A stretch of DNA of 64,000 nucleotides, taken from the NCBI RefSeq assembly GCF_963921235.1, contig NC_086097.1:13268001-13332000 (forward strand). The letters are read 5' to 3'. Of the stretch, positions 49,346 to 61,580 are shown piece after piece. This DNA is from Mobula hypostoma (lineage: Eukaryota). Each line of letters starts with the position of its first letter. Position 1 is the stretch's first letter. A program made the translations under genes and the position numbers. The notes beneath the pieces were generated by a model, which was not told the DNA's origin, searched no databases, and saw nothing but the letters and a program-made list of their open reading frames with translations.

Positions 49346-49464
49346 GCAGTTCGGGGCATCGGAGTTCAGAGATCAATCCCAGCATCCTTTGTATATCCTC
49401 ACTGTGGAATACGTGGATTTTCTCCAGGTATTCCAGTTTCCTCCCACAGTCCAAAGACAAAACT

Positions 49465-49795
49465 ATGAGGGGCATAGAAAGGGTAAATGCAAGCAGGCTT
49501 TTTCCACTGAGGTTGGGTGGGACTACAACCAGAGGTTATGGGTGAGAGTGAAAGGTGAAAAGTTTAAGGGGACATTTCTTCACTCAGAGGATGTTGAGGT
49601 TGTGGAATGAACTGCCATCATAAGTGGAATCTCAATTTCAATGTTTAAGCGAACTTTGGATAGGTACATGGATGGTGTAGGGGTATGGAAGGCTATAGTC
49701 CTGGTGCAAATTGATGGGAATAGGCAGTTTAAATGATTATGGCACTGACTAGATGGGCCAAAAGTCCTGTTTCTGGGCTGAACTTCTGTATGACT
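49465..49795 (+). mobile_element. CR1 3' fragment within a split V-SINE (about 49345-49460 and 50335-50460)
   Basis: Same subfamily as 1-350; the SINE halves flank this CR1 and the Rex1 insertion. Confidence 0.75.
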
Positions 49796-49816
49796 CCAAG
49801 TCTCTATGTACTGGTT

Positions 49817-50333
49817 AATAGTCATAGTCATAGTTATAGTCATACTTTATTGATCCCGGGGGAAATTGGTTTTCATTACAGTTGCACCATAAATAATAAA
49901 TAGTAATACAACCTAAATAGTTAAATAGTAATATGTAAATTATGCCAGTAAATTATGAAATAAGTCCAGGACCAGCCTATTGGCTCGGGGTGTCTGACCC
50001 TCCAAGGGAGGAGTTGTAAAGTTTGATGGCCACAGGCAGGAATGACTTCCTATGACGCTCTGTGCTGCATCTCGGTGGAATGAGTCTCTGGCTGAATGTA
50101 CTCCTGTGCCCACCCAGTGCATTATGTAGTGGATGGGAGACATTGTCCAAGATGGCATGCAACTTAGACAGCATCCTCTTTTCAGACACCACCGTCAGAG
50201 AGTCCAGTTCCATCCCCACAACATCACTGGCCTTACGAATGAGTTTGTTGATTCTGTTGGTGTCTGCTACCCTCAGCCTGCTGCCCCAGCACACAACAGC
50301 AAACGTGATAGCACTGGCCACCACAGACTCGTG
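49817..50333 (-). mobile_element. Young Rex1/Babar 3' fragment
   Basis: ORF 49977-50324(-): VASAITFAVVCWG...INKLIRKASDVVG...ILDNVSHPLH...PRCSTERHRKSFLPVAIKLYN; (TAGTCA)n tail. Confidence 0.88.
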
Positions 50334-51619
50334 GAATAGGTTAATTGCTCATTGTAAGTTGTCCTGTGATTAGGCTAGAGTTAAATCAAGGGTGCTGAGT
50401 GGCCTGGCTCGAGGGGCCAGAAGAGCCTATTCCACACTGTACCTCTAAATATGAAAATAAATCAGATTATGATGCCCCATGTGTATGGTGCACTTCGACG
50501 TTCCCCACTGAACTAGGGTTGGTGGCCAGAAATGAAGAGAGCATAGAAGAAGTTGAGACTCAGGACTACAGTACCATGGTCCAATCAATTTCTGGTCTCC
50601 TGTTCTGGCAGAATCTGTGAACCTGAAGTCAAATAAATCAATAGCATAGTATTGGGACAGCATTACAAAATCTTGAGAAAAAGATCTCAACCTGCAGTCA
50701 TTCAAAACAGAGAAAGACAAAGGGCATCCTTAATTAATGTACATGTTCTTTTTCACTCAAAGGTATTCCTTTTGTTTAAAGTGGATAATTCAAACGCTAT
50801 CACCAAATATAGTCAAAAGGGTTTGCTGTTTCCAATACATGCTCCATAACAGTACAATATAAAGCACAATAAGATGTTGTAGATATTCAGCAAGATACTT
50901 CAAATTTCATATCTGCCGTAATTTTTAAAATAACAACCTGATAAAGGCTTTCCTCTTTGAAGCATTAGTCTGTGTTTTCTGGTTCTAATCATGGTCTTGG
51001 TGTTTTTGTATCTTGTTTTTGAGAGTCACACTGAGGCCGCAGAAGGAAGATGAGGAGAGCTTCCTTCTCATGGCCACACTACCTTTGCATTTATTAAAGT
51101 CTAGATTTTTAAAATATATTTCATTAACTGAGGGTAAATTTGCCAACCAAGATTTAAACTCACCTTCTCTATTATTCAACCTGCCTATTTCATTACTAAT
51201 CTAGTGGCTGTATAATTGTTGTACTTCAGAATCTCATAAGCTATTAAACAGCTTGTAAAGATATTCCAATTATTTTCTAAATTTTATTCTGAGAATGTAT
51301 GTGACATTGGGCAATGTAATATTTATTATATATCCCCAGATCCCCTGAGGACATTCATTCCATTGGTTCGGTGAGGCTTTCCCTGATCAGCGGTAAATTC
51401 AGCAGGAGATCTTCAGACAGCTGGTGTAACTCGATGCTTCCTCTCAGAGGTGTGTGGATCTCATGACAAAGTTACAGCGGGCAATCAGCAGACCTGCCAT
51501 GGAAATCCAATACCTGAAAGCCAGCCACAAATTGTGTGATGGGGAATACATCCAGACCAGTTGGGGCAAAGTAAATTCCTTTCCCTGAAAGATATTAATG
51601 AACCTGTTTGAGTTTCAGA

Positions 51620-52710
51620 ACCAGAATCACAATCGGAATCAGTAACCGGCATATGTCAAGAAATTCGTTAACTTCGTGGCAGAAACACAATGCAATACAT
51701 GATAATATAGAAAAAAAACTGTGAGTTATATTAAATATATATATATATATTTATATATCTCCTTTCTGATGGTAACAATGAGAAAATGGCATATCTTGGG
51801 TAATGGGGGTCCTTTTGAGGCCGGCTCGTTGATGATGAGATGAAGAGAAGCATTGATCGTGTGGATAGTCAGAGGCTTTTGCCCAGGGCTGAAATGGCTA
51901 GCACGAGAGCACACAGTTTTAAGGTGCTTGGAAGTAGGTACAGAGGAGATGTCAGGGGTAAGTTTTTTACGCAGAGACTGGTGAGTGCGTGGAATGGGCT
52001 GCCGGCGACAGTGGTGGAGGCGGATACGATGGGGTCTTTTAAGAGACTCCTGGATAGGTACATGGAGCTTAGAAAAATAGAGGGCTATGGGCAACCCTCG
52101 GTAATCTCTAAGGTAAGGACATGTTCGGCACAGCTTTGTGGACCGAAGGGCCTGTATTGTGCTGTAGGTTTTCTAAGTTTCTATGTCATGGATACTACAG
52201 AGGCTTGTGCTCACAATGGAGCTGAGTTATTTTACAGCTTGTTGCAGCCTAGTACTATCCTGTGTGACGTCCCAGCACCCACCCCCCAACCAAGATGGTG
52301 ATGCAGCCAGATAGAATGCTTTCCACAGTATATCTGCAGAAATTTGTGAGTGACTTAGGTGACATACCAAATCTCCTCAAACTCTTAATGAAATATAACT
52401 GCTGTCTTGCCTTCTTTATAGCTGCATCAATGTGTTCGGACCAGGTTAGGACCCCAGTGATATTAACACATAGGAACTTGAAATTGTTCTCTCCATTTCT
52501 GATCCCTCTATGAGGACTGGTGTGTGTTCCCTCCTCTTACCCTTTCTGAAGTCCACAATCAGCTCTTTGGTCTCACTGACGTTGAGTGCCAGGTTGTTGC
52601 TGCGACACCACTCCACTAGCTGGTATATCTCGCTCCTGTACGCCCTCTCGCCCCATCTGAGATTCTGCCAACAATGGTTGTATCGTCAGCAGATTTATAG
52701 ATGGTATAGA
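51620..52710 (-). mobile_element. Rex1/Babar fragment with nested plus-strand CR1 3' end (about 51833-52186)
   Basis: Host matches 32250-32980; the insert encodes MKRSIDRVDSQRLLPRAEM...FFTQRLVSAWNGLP. Confidence 0.85.
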
Positions 52711-53214
52711 TTGTTTCATAACAGTCAAGTCATCTTTGTGATCATTTTACAATGCAAATGACCAGATTTATTGAATTCAATCTCACAACTCAAAATTATG
52801 AAGCTTGAGCTGCTGGTCCATTACCGTAACCATGGACCCCCATAAAACATTTTACTTAAAGGTTATTATTATCACCAGCTGAACTTCAAAGCATCCTGAA
52901 CTTTGCAAAATGACAAATCTACCTTGAGGACACAGACAACACATAGATTAGTAGTGAGTGCCAGTGAACGATCAAGTGCAGGAACAAAAAACAGAGGTTT
53001 GTGCATTTCAGGTCTGTTTGAAGCTGGGATTCACAGCCTGGGTCCATAGACCCTTTGTATAATGGAATTGGTCCATGGCACAAAAAAGGTTTTGAAGAAT
53101 GAAACCTGGCAAGCAGAGAACTGATATTGTCTGAATGTTTGCTAAGCCTACATTGTAGAATCAGAATGGGACAGAATTGAGGTATTCACACTCTACGAGA
53201 GTGTTCCTGAATAT

Positions 53215-53460
53215 CTATTTATTTATTTATTTCACAATACAATGTAGAACAGGCACCTCTGGCTCAAAGAGCCGTGCCACCAGCAACCCACCTATTTAAC
53301 CCTCGCCTAATCACAGGACAATTTACAATAACCAATTAACCTACTAACGAATATGTCTTTGGACTGTGGGAGAAAACCAAAGCACCCACAGAAAACCCAC
53401 GCACCCACAGGAAGAATGTGCAAATTTCCTTACAGAGGACACCAGAACTGAACTCCAGTG
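53215..53460 (-). mobile_element. V-SINE
   Basis: (ATTT)n tail and reverse V-domain. Confidence 0.72.
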
Positions 53461-53662
53461 AATTGAACCTATTGTGTGGACTTTAGCCTTTGACTTACAC
53501 AAGAGGCCAGCACTGATAGCGACTCGCTTTTAGAAGACCTTTTATAAAGTATTTGTAAAAATTAATTTTATATTTGTACTTTTATTAGTTGATCTTTCTT
53601 TCTGTAAGTGTTAGAACAGTAACAGCACTTAAGTCCCATTTCACTGGCTGTAATGCACTTTC

Positions 53663-54015
53663 TGGATGGCAGGGTGGAGATATGTCTCTACCTACAGAGG
53701 TGCGAGGTACTCCCTGCTAGCCTACAGGTCAACCTTAGGCATGATGTTGCACCTGCTTAAATCCTCCCCCCCACCCCGATCAGGGTCACGTGAAGCAATG
53801 GAAGCAGGTGGTGGAGGGTCGTATGAGCAACTGGTGCATATCGCAAGACCTGGTTACAGGCAGACAATCTCTGAAGAGTATTGATAAGGACCGGGGTCAT
53901 CCGCCTTGTAATTCCACTGCCTAAAAGAAGGCAATGGCAAACCACTTCCGAAGAAAAGTTTGCCAAGAACAATCATGGGCATAGACCATGATCACCCACA
54001 TCATACAACACATAA
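53663..54015 (+). mobile_element. Short RTE-type non-autonomous element, family A
   Basis: Colinear with 48150-48556. Confidence 0.7.
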
Positions 54016-54060
54016 CGAGGATGTCAAGGACTTTGGATTTTGTGAATATCACTACTAATA

Positions 54061-54756
54061 GGAGGAGGAGAAGATGGAGACACAATGCAGCGCGCGCGGC
54101 CTCTCCGGTGAATGATATCTGTAATCTGTCAAGTAGGGGAATGTGCACAATTCTGCATTGATGGAGACAGACGTGAGAGTACGGAGGAACATCTGGAGAA
54201 ACTTCTGAAATGCTCGCTTCGCTGCCGCTGCTACTGTGTGGTAACCGGAATCTCCGGAGCATAAGGCCCCGAATCCTCGGCTTTGCATGTTTCAGTGGCC
54301 GGGGCGAGGTTGAAGGCGCTCGGCAGAGGATGGCACTTGGGAGGCTGTATTGGAGGGGCTGGTCAGAGGCTCGAAGTTTTCGGATGGACGGACTCAATGT
54401 TGGCTGTTGTCCGGTGCTTCCAATGCATTGGCTAGCTGTCGGTGCCTGGAGGTTTATGGCAGGGAGCTTCTCCCTTTTGCCGCCTGCTTTCGGGGACTCG
54501 GGAGTCGATCGGGACTTGAGACTTTTTTTTACCGTGCCCATGGTCTGTTCTTTATCAAATTATGGTATTGCTTTGCACTGCTGTAACTATATGTTATAAT
54601 TATGTGGTTCTGTCAGTGTTAGTCTTTGGTTTGTCATGATTTCTGTGATATCACTCTGGAGGAATATTGTATCATTTCTTAATGCATGTATGCATTTCTA
54701 AATGACAATAAACGAGGACTGAGCGTTCTCATAATCTAATCTAATCTAATCTAATA
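54061..54756 (+). mobile_element. Short non-autonomous LINE-like element, family C, full length
   Basis: GC/CpG-rich 5' part starting ggagaagatgg, AT-rich 3' UTR, (CTAAT)n tail; flanking CTAATA duplication (54055-54060 / 54751-54756). Confidence 0.7.
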
Positions 54757-54789
54757 CAGAACGTGTCAGGGTTATGAACAACCACATCA

Positions 54790-55065
54790 CGGACACTCGT
54801 AGCATAGTGGTTAGCACAATGCCATTACTGCTCAGAGTGTAGGAGTTCAGAGTTCAATCTGGGTGCCGTCTGTTCATACATTTTTCTCGTGAGTGCATAG
54901 GTGTCCTCCGGGTGCTCCTGTTTCCTTGCACAGTCCAAAGACGTAGCAGTTCATAGGTCATTGTAAATTGGCCCATGAATAGGCTAGGGTTAAATTAAGA
55001 GTTGCTGGACTCACGGCTCAAAGGGCTAGAAGGGTCTATTCTGCACTAAACAACTAGCTAAATAT
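54790..55065 (+). mobile_element. V-SINE
   Basis: A box gtagcatagtggttagc, B box gagttcaatc, V-domain. Confidence 0.78.
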
Positions 55066-55462
55066 AGAGGGAGTTCTCGTGATATTATTAAATTTAAAGG
55101 GCCAATGTTCATACATACATTTGTATTTATGAATGGCAGAACATTTTGTCTCTAATTTTTTTGTTTCTCTTATACTTTATTAATTATTCTTTCTTATCTA
55201 TCTTATGTGTTTGAACTCCATTCATCAAAATACTGTGGAGCTGTGGTTACCATTTGACACAATGCTTGTGTACTTTCGTACTTACAGACAAAATTGACTT
55301 ATGGATGTCAGTGCTGGGACTGGAGGCGAGGGTCAGGCCAATTCTGCTCATTTTTACATGACTATTATTCCTCTCTCCAAGGCACTGAGGCTATCAGACT
55401 GCTTCGTCTGCTCCAGGCTCTGTATCTGCAAGCTTTGCAGCGATTTGCCCCGCTGTGTGATG

Positions 55463-56217
55463 ACATAGACATAGACATACTTTATTGATCCCGAGGGAAA
55501 TTGAGTTTCATTACAGCCGCACCAAACAAGAATAGAGCATAAATATAGAAATACAAAAACCACAAACAATCAAACAACAAAATGTAAACTATGCCAGATG
55601 GAAATAAGTCCAGGACCAGCCTATTGGCTCAAGGTGTCTGACCTTCCATGGGAGGAGCTGCAAAGTTCGATGACCACAGGCAGTAACAACCTCTCATGAT
55701 GCCCAGCGTTGTATCTTGGTGGAATATGGCCAGAGTCCAACAGCAAAAAGTTCAATATCTGGGCTACAAACACGCTCCTTGATCGCAATATGACCAGGAT
55801 TGCATCATCCGTTGTTAACCAGAACAGCAAGCCCCGAACTCCTTTACGCTTACCACTCTCAGTGCACTTCTGGTCAGCCTGCATGGTCTGGAAGCCCTCC
55901 ATGGAAAAGTTTTGGTCAGGTATGTCCACATGCAGTCCAAGTGGAGCACTCCTCTTCTCTATAAGTCTCTGTTGTCTCGACCCGGTCCTCTTTCCTCGCC
56001 TTTTTGATCCCCCTCTGCATCCTCTGTGTGTTTTCCTCCAGATTTCAGCTGGGGTGTCCGCCGCTCTGTTTACTAAACCGTCTGGCATAAGCGCAATCAG
56101 CTGGTCCCTGGAATAAACAATGCGACCATACGGCTGCCTCGCTAATGAGTCGTGTTGGAATGTAACTATTTCCAGCACTAAAAACCCAAATAAAACTCTC
56201 TCCACCAGCATGTTAGA
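55463..56217 (-). mobile_element. Internally deleted Rex1/Babar derivative retaining 5' end, an endonuclease piece and 3' end
   Basis: ORF 55621-56211(-): YSRDQLIAL...RKTHRGCRGG, LHVDIPDQNFSMEGFQTMQAD...SGKRKG (APE piece), then a 3' end homologous to 49960-50060; (CATAGA)n tail; GATGA duplication. Confidence 0.75.
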
Positions 56218-57699
56218 GATGAACTGAGACTGTGGCTATGGGCCTTCTCCAGCTGCTCACAGCTTTGGGTCTATAGTCTCAATTTCAGTCTGAATGCTGT
56301 TGCTGATTTTTATTGTTTTCACAATCTGTGTTTTCTCTCTCTCTCTCCCTCTGCATTTTGGATGTTGGCCTTTTTTAAAATTGGGTTCTTCTGGGTTTCT
56401 TGTTTAGTGGCTGCCTGTAAGCAGATGAATCTCGAGATTGTATCATTTTTAGGTACTTTGATAATAAATGTACTTTGATCCTTTCAAAAAAGTAAAAGAA
56501 AGGAATCTATTTGTTCTCTGTAGATGGCTTATATTCATAAAAGCTGCTGTTAAAATGTCACTTTGTTCTTGAAGCAGTGCTATCAATGTACCAAGAATTA
56601 AAAGTTTCCAAACATACTTGGGGCAGAGAACCACTCGACCACATTTGTTTGGGAAATCCTTTGTCTATTCACAGAGTACAGGTTAGCTCTCCCTGACTTC
56701 CAAACTTTCGTGCCACAACACAGAAGTCAGAAACAAGATGGATGTTCATGCCAGTGGAAGCAGTAGTGAAACAAAATGCCATTGAACTGGTGGCCAGATC
56801 TACTTTATATTGAGCTCCTCAGCTTCCCACCGAGGATGGCTGGTGGTGCGTTATTAAACTGATATGGGTGAGACTAGAACTAGAGTCAATGGGTTAAGGG
56901 TGAAAGGTGAAATGTTTACGGGGAACATGAGGAGGAAGCTCTTCACTCAGAGGGTGGAGAGATCTTGGAACGAGCTGCCAGCGGAAGTGGTGGATACAGC
57001 CTTGATTTCAATCTGGTTCAGCCCTAAGGGCCTGTTACTATGCTGTTCTATGTTCTATGTTGATGTTTCACACTGAAACTCTTCAAATCGTTGACTATTT
57101 ATTCCTCTTCATAGATGCTGCCGGACCTGCTAAGAGAGATTTGGTAGGTACATGGATGGGAGGAGTATGGAGGGCTATGGAATAGGTGCAGGTCGATGGG
57201 ACTAGACGGAATAATAATTCAGCATGGACTAGATGGAGCATTTCAGATACTGCGCGGTTACACACTCGCGCAGCTTTGAGGGAACAGCATCTGTGACCCT
57301 GGGCACACTAAATAGGTTGACTAGTGGGCTGGCCAGGTTCTGAGCAAAGAGGGAAGAGGAAGAAAACTTTACTGCAAAGTTCAAAGTAAATTTATTATCA
57401 AAGTACATACAGTATATGTTACTACACAAAACCCTGAGATTTGTTTTCTTGCGTAATAAAATCAATGAAAGACCACACCCAACCAGGTAGACAGTCCACC
57501 ATTGTGCAAAAGACAACAACCTGTGCAAATATAGAATAAAAATAAATAAATAAGCAATAAATATTGAGAACATGAGATGAAAGTGAGTCTCACATTCTGA
57601 CAAACTTCAGTCAAGTATTTTTCTGATATTTCCGTTGTTGTAGATGCTTTTGTTCATCAGACAGACAAAATATACAACTTGCTGACTAAAATTTTTGGA

Positions 57700-58093
57700 C
57701 ATATGGAAACATGTTTTTGGAGCAAGTGAGGATGAGACGTGACTTAAAAGAGGTGTACAGGATATTTAGGAGGCATAGATCAAGTGGATAGCCAGGGTGG
57801 AAATGGCTAATAAAAGGGGCATACTTTTGAGGTGATTGGAGGAAAGTACAGAGGGGATGTTAGAGGTAAGTTCTGTACACAGAAAGTGGTGGGTTCATAG
57901 AACGCCCTGCCTGGCATGGTGGTAGAAGCAGAACCATTAGGGGCATTTAAGAAATTCTTACATAGGCACATGGATGGTAGAAAAATGGAGGGTTATGTGT
58001 GAGGGAAGGGTTAAATTAATTTTACAGTAGGTTAAAATGTCAGCACAACATTGAGGACCAAGGGACCTGTACTACAATATTCTACGCTCTATG
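57700..58093 (+). mobile_element. CR1 3' fragment
   Basis: RMRRDLKEVYRI...FEVIGGKYRGDVRGKFCTQKVV. Confidence 0.8.
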
Positions 58094-58149
58094 TATTAAA
58101 CCAATTTATGGTATTAGTGAGGTATTGAACAGTGCAGTAGAAACAGTGA

Positions 58150-58742
58150 GGTAAGGCCTCTGTCCATCTGGGTCGACCATGGATTTTGCATCCTTGCTGT
58201 CGAGATATGCAAGCATGGGCAGTACAACTTGGAGAGCAAGCTGTTGTCCATGTTGCAAGCTCCACCACTTCATGCATCTGATGAACACAAAGGAAAGGTA
58301 GAGACCGATACAGTTTGGCACCAGCGGTGTCGTGGGAGTTACCAGTCAGTGTTAAACTCAATGCAGGACTGTCCTAGCGACACCCAGTTCCAAATTTTTC
58401 TCTCGGGGGTTGCTCCCAAAGTCTTGCCCCAGAATGGGTATCGCCACAAGGCGGCAGAGGTTTGAGATCGGAGTTTTTGTTCTCTCAGATGAGGTACCAA
58501 CCACGGCTGATGAGCCCCATCTGCCTGAAGTGACTGGTTTTAAGGTGCCTGTAACATGCCTTTGCCACTTCTCCTGTCAGTAGAAACGATTTTGTCAGGC
58601 TTTGTAGCTAAACCACAGGTGAAGGCCAGGAGCTGAACTTGGTTGTCCGAGGCTATTTGAGCCACATGCCATTGGGAGCATTTAATAGACAGTGGGAGCT
58701 TGTCCCTGTTACCACTCCCGGCTTTGACAACCTTAAGGAACC
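58150..58742 (-). mobile_element. Short RTE-type non-autonomous element, family B
   Basis: Colinear with 44460-45032; left end is an RTE-type 3' terminus (reverse: atccatggtcgaccc...ggcctt). Confidence 0.68.
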
Positions 58743-61129
58743 TAATGCTGGAAATAAATTGAACACTTTCCAAGTTTTCTTTAACCAGGAATCAAAATCC
58801 CAGTGCTCCTGTGTGTTGAACAGTCTGCGAAGATTGCCTTGCCAAGTAATAAGGGCCTTGAACAAGAGGTCCCTGGCAGGTCATAAACCCTTACATTTCT
58901 TCCTGGGCTGCTTGTCATCTGATACCATGCCAAGTACTGGAAATTAGCCTCCATGTAAAGGAATATCAATGTGATACTCAGTGCAGCTCTGTGTCTGGGA
59001 GACTGAGGTAAGTGTTTCTGCTTACAGGATGTGGAGTGACATATTGAACTCTGCAAGGACATGTGGTGGATATTGACTGCCCTGGGGCACAGGGCCAACA
59101 GGCAAGTGAACAAGTCTTTGAAGATTCCGTAGTTACAGTACGACCTCCCATTGGCGAGGGTACCGTAGCTATCTATATCGGATAGAGCTTGAGGTTTTCG
59201 TTTGTTTAGAATCTCGCAGTCAGCAAATCCGACAGCATCACAGCCACCACAGGTCACTGGGTACAACCATGGCGGCTGGCCTCAAAGGGAGCACAGTGGA
59301 AACGCAACAGCGTTGAAGTGTAGCTTCACCTGCCCTTTCTCTTCCTCAGCCTGCAGTTTTGTCTCGCTCCTCAAGACCGCACCGCCCACGCCGAAACAGC
59401 GCGGCACCTAATCCAAGGCGCAACGTGCATTCTTTTATAGCCATCTTGCAAACTTTTTGACATCACCTTGAATCTGCTTAGCTCCCTTCTCCAGCCCGCT
59501 TTTTCATCCGCCGGATACTGACTGCCGACTTTAATTGCCAGAGAACACCGAAAGGAACTTTTACCCCTGACCCCCACCACCTCGCACTCGGGCTGCCCGC
59601 TTTTAATAACAGAATCTCCAGTTGGCGTTGCAATTCTCGCAAACGCTCGCGTTTAAGAAAGACATAATTGTCTTTGTCAGTAATCAATTACTGCGAGGAG
59701 TTACTATTGTTATTATTATTATTTATATACGGAGAATCATGATTGTTTCATGTCTAATGATTTGCTGGTTTGCTCTTTTGAGTTATTTTAGTTGTCAAGG
59801 CAATGAGCGCCTATCCGCTCAAGCTGTCATTTCAACAGGCAAAGCAAAAAAAAACAACTAACTCCGACTAGCATAATGCAAAAAAAAAACTTCCCATTAC
59901 TTCACATCTTTTGTAATGGTTCAAACAGGAGGAAGCTGCCAGTGAGCATCACTGATCCTTTGCTTCCAATCGCAAAGGGAAAGGAATGAAAAAAGCACTG
60001 ATGACAGATGCCACAATAGAGTGGCTTTCATTATCGCCCGCACTCTCATGTCAAGAGGCATGTCATCTTCATTGTGCATGCATCGCAAATTAGTATTTAC
60101 CTGTCATTGTCCTTTGATGGGAGAGCTGCCTTTTTCTATTCCTCCCCACCTTTTCCGCAAGCTGAGAGTCGGCTCCACTCCCTTCACTTTCAATTCATTT
60201 TCAGCATGCATTAAGATGAGCTGCTTGGAATATGTAACCAAGGACTTCCAATAGCACATTTCTCTGAAGGTTTTTTTTTAAAAGAGGAGAACTCTTTTAT
60301 TTTTTTCTCTCCCTCACTTGCTTTGGTTTTCTGGCCTGCTGTGCCGATGCAATGGCCCCTTCAATGCAAACACGCTCCCCCCTTTCAGTGACTGGAACGC
60401 CTGCTTCAGATATGCAATATTTAACAGTGCTTATGAATTTTTGACATGTAATTAGCTGCTGCCCAGTTAACATGTCAAGACTCAGAAGGGACAGGGGACT
60501 CGGTGCTTTCTGAAGTGCTAAATCCTGCCACAGCCTTGTAATATATTATTCTTTAATGTACGTAGTAATTATTTTAGCGTGGTTAATTGATGAAGAGCTT
60601 TGGTCTGGAGGATGTTACAGTATTAAGCACCACTCCTCAAAAGTGCTCTTTATTCCGCTCAACGGGCTTTAGAGTGTCAGAGCCCTTCTGGGAATGCCGC
60701 TTAAAAATGAGTGAAATTGTCGGATTTCGTTATGTCTTTACTTTGGGGTTGCTCTGGACGTGGGGTCGGCGGACACAGACTTTTCGATGTCACATCAGCC
60801 GGGTGTCCCAATTGGAGCCGATTTCCCCCATTGTTCTCTCTCTCGCGAGGGGCTCCCGAGCACAACATTGTAGGCGAAGAATTGGGAGTCGTTTTACATG
60901 GTCCACTCTCCCGGACATATACTCTTCCACACTGCTTACTGCGGAGGTTGTAAGGCAGCTATTTTTAGACCTGCCCCAAAACACCACGGTTCGTGGCAGG
61001 TTCATCACCGTAAACATTATTAGCCCAGAACTTTATGGTTGTTTTATTGGCATCTCTCTAGGGTTAACATTTCAGTGAAAACACTAATCCATTTGTACAA
61101 AGCAGTTTCGAAGAATGGAGAAGGGAATA

Positions 61130-61580
61130 TTGAAGATGAAAGATTGTTTCATGTCATTTCCAATACACACGTGTAATGGAGAACGAAATAATTGTTACTT
61201 CGGATCCGATGCAGCACAAAAATCAGAAAGAACACAAGAATAAAAGAGGAAAATTGTATATATATAATGCACATAGATTGATTGCATATCCATAAAGTGA
61301 CGCCAGGCATAGGAATGCTAATGCAGAAGATGACTGACAGGAAATACTAAAGTAGTGGTGGAGTTAGTGGGTGGAGGTGTTGATCAGCCTTACTACTTGG
61401 GGAAAGTAATTGATATTGAGTTTGATCGTTCTGTCGTGGATGCCTCGGAGCCTCCTCCCCGATGGGCGTGGGACAAATAGGCTGGGTGGGACCCTTCATG
61501 ATGTTATTGGCCCTTTCCGGCACCTTTCTGACCTCGACGGCGGGCAGACTGGTGCTGGTGATTCGTTGAGCAGTTGTGAC
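61130..61580 (-). mobile_element. Rex1-like 3' fragment
   Basis: Reverse reads NNIMKGPTQP...RPSGRRLRGIHDRTIKLNINYFP. Confidence 0.7.

Noticed and set aside
53921..54599. 206-aa and 129-aa ORFs
   Set aside because: They lie within GC-rich repeat family C and resemble no protein family I recognise.
58560..58742. HDV-like ribozyme in the family B 5' region
   Set aside because: P2/P3-like pairings are visible but no P1/P1.1 could be assigned by eye; not called as a feature.
60587..61078. 163-aa ORF in the unique CpG-richer block
   Set aside because: No domain similarity or splice-site support; an ORF of this length can arise by chance.
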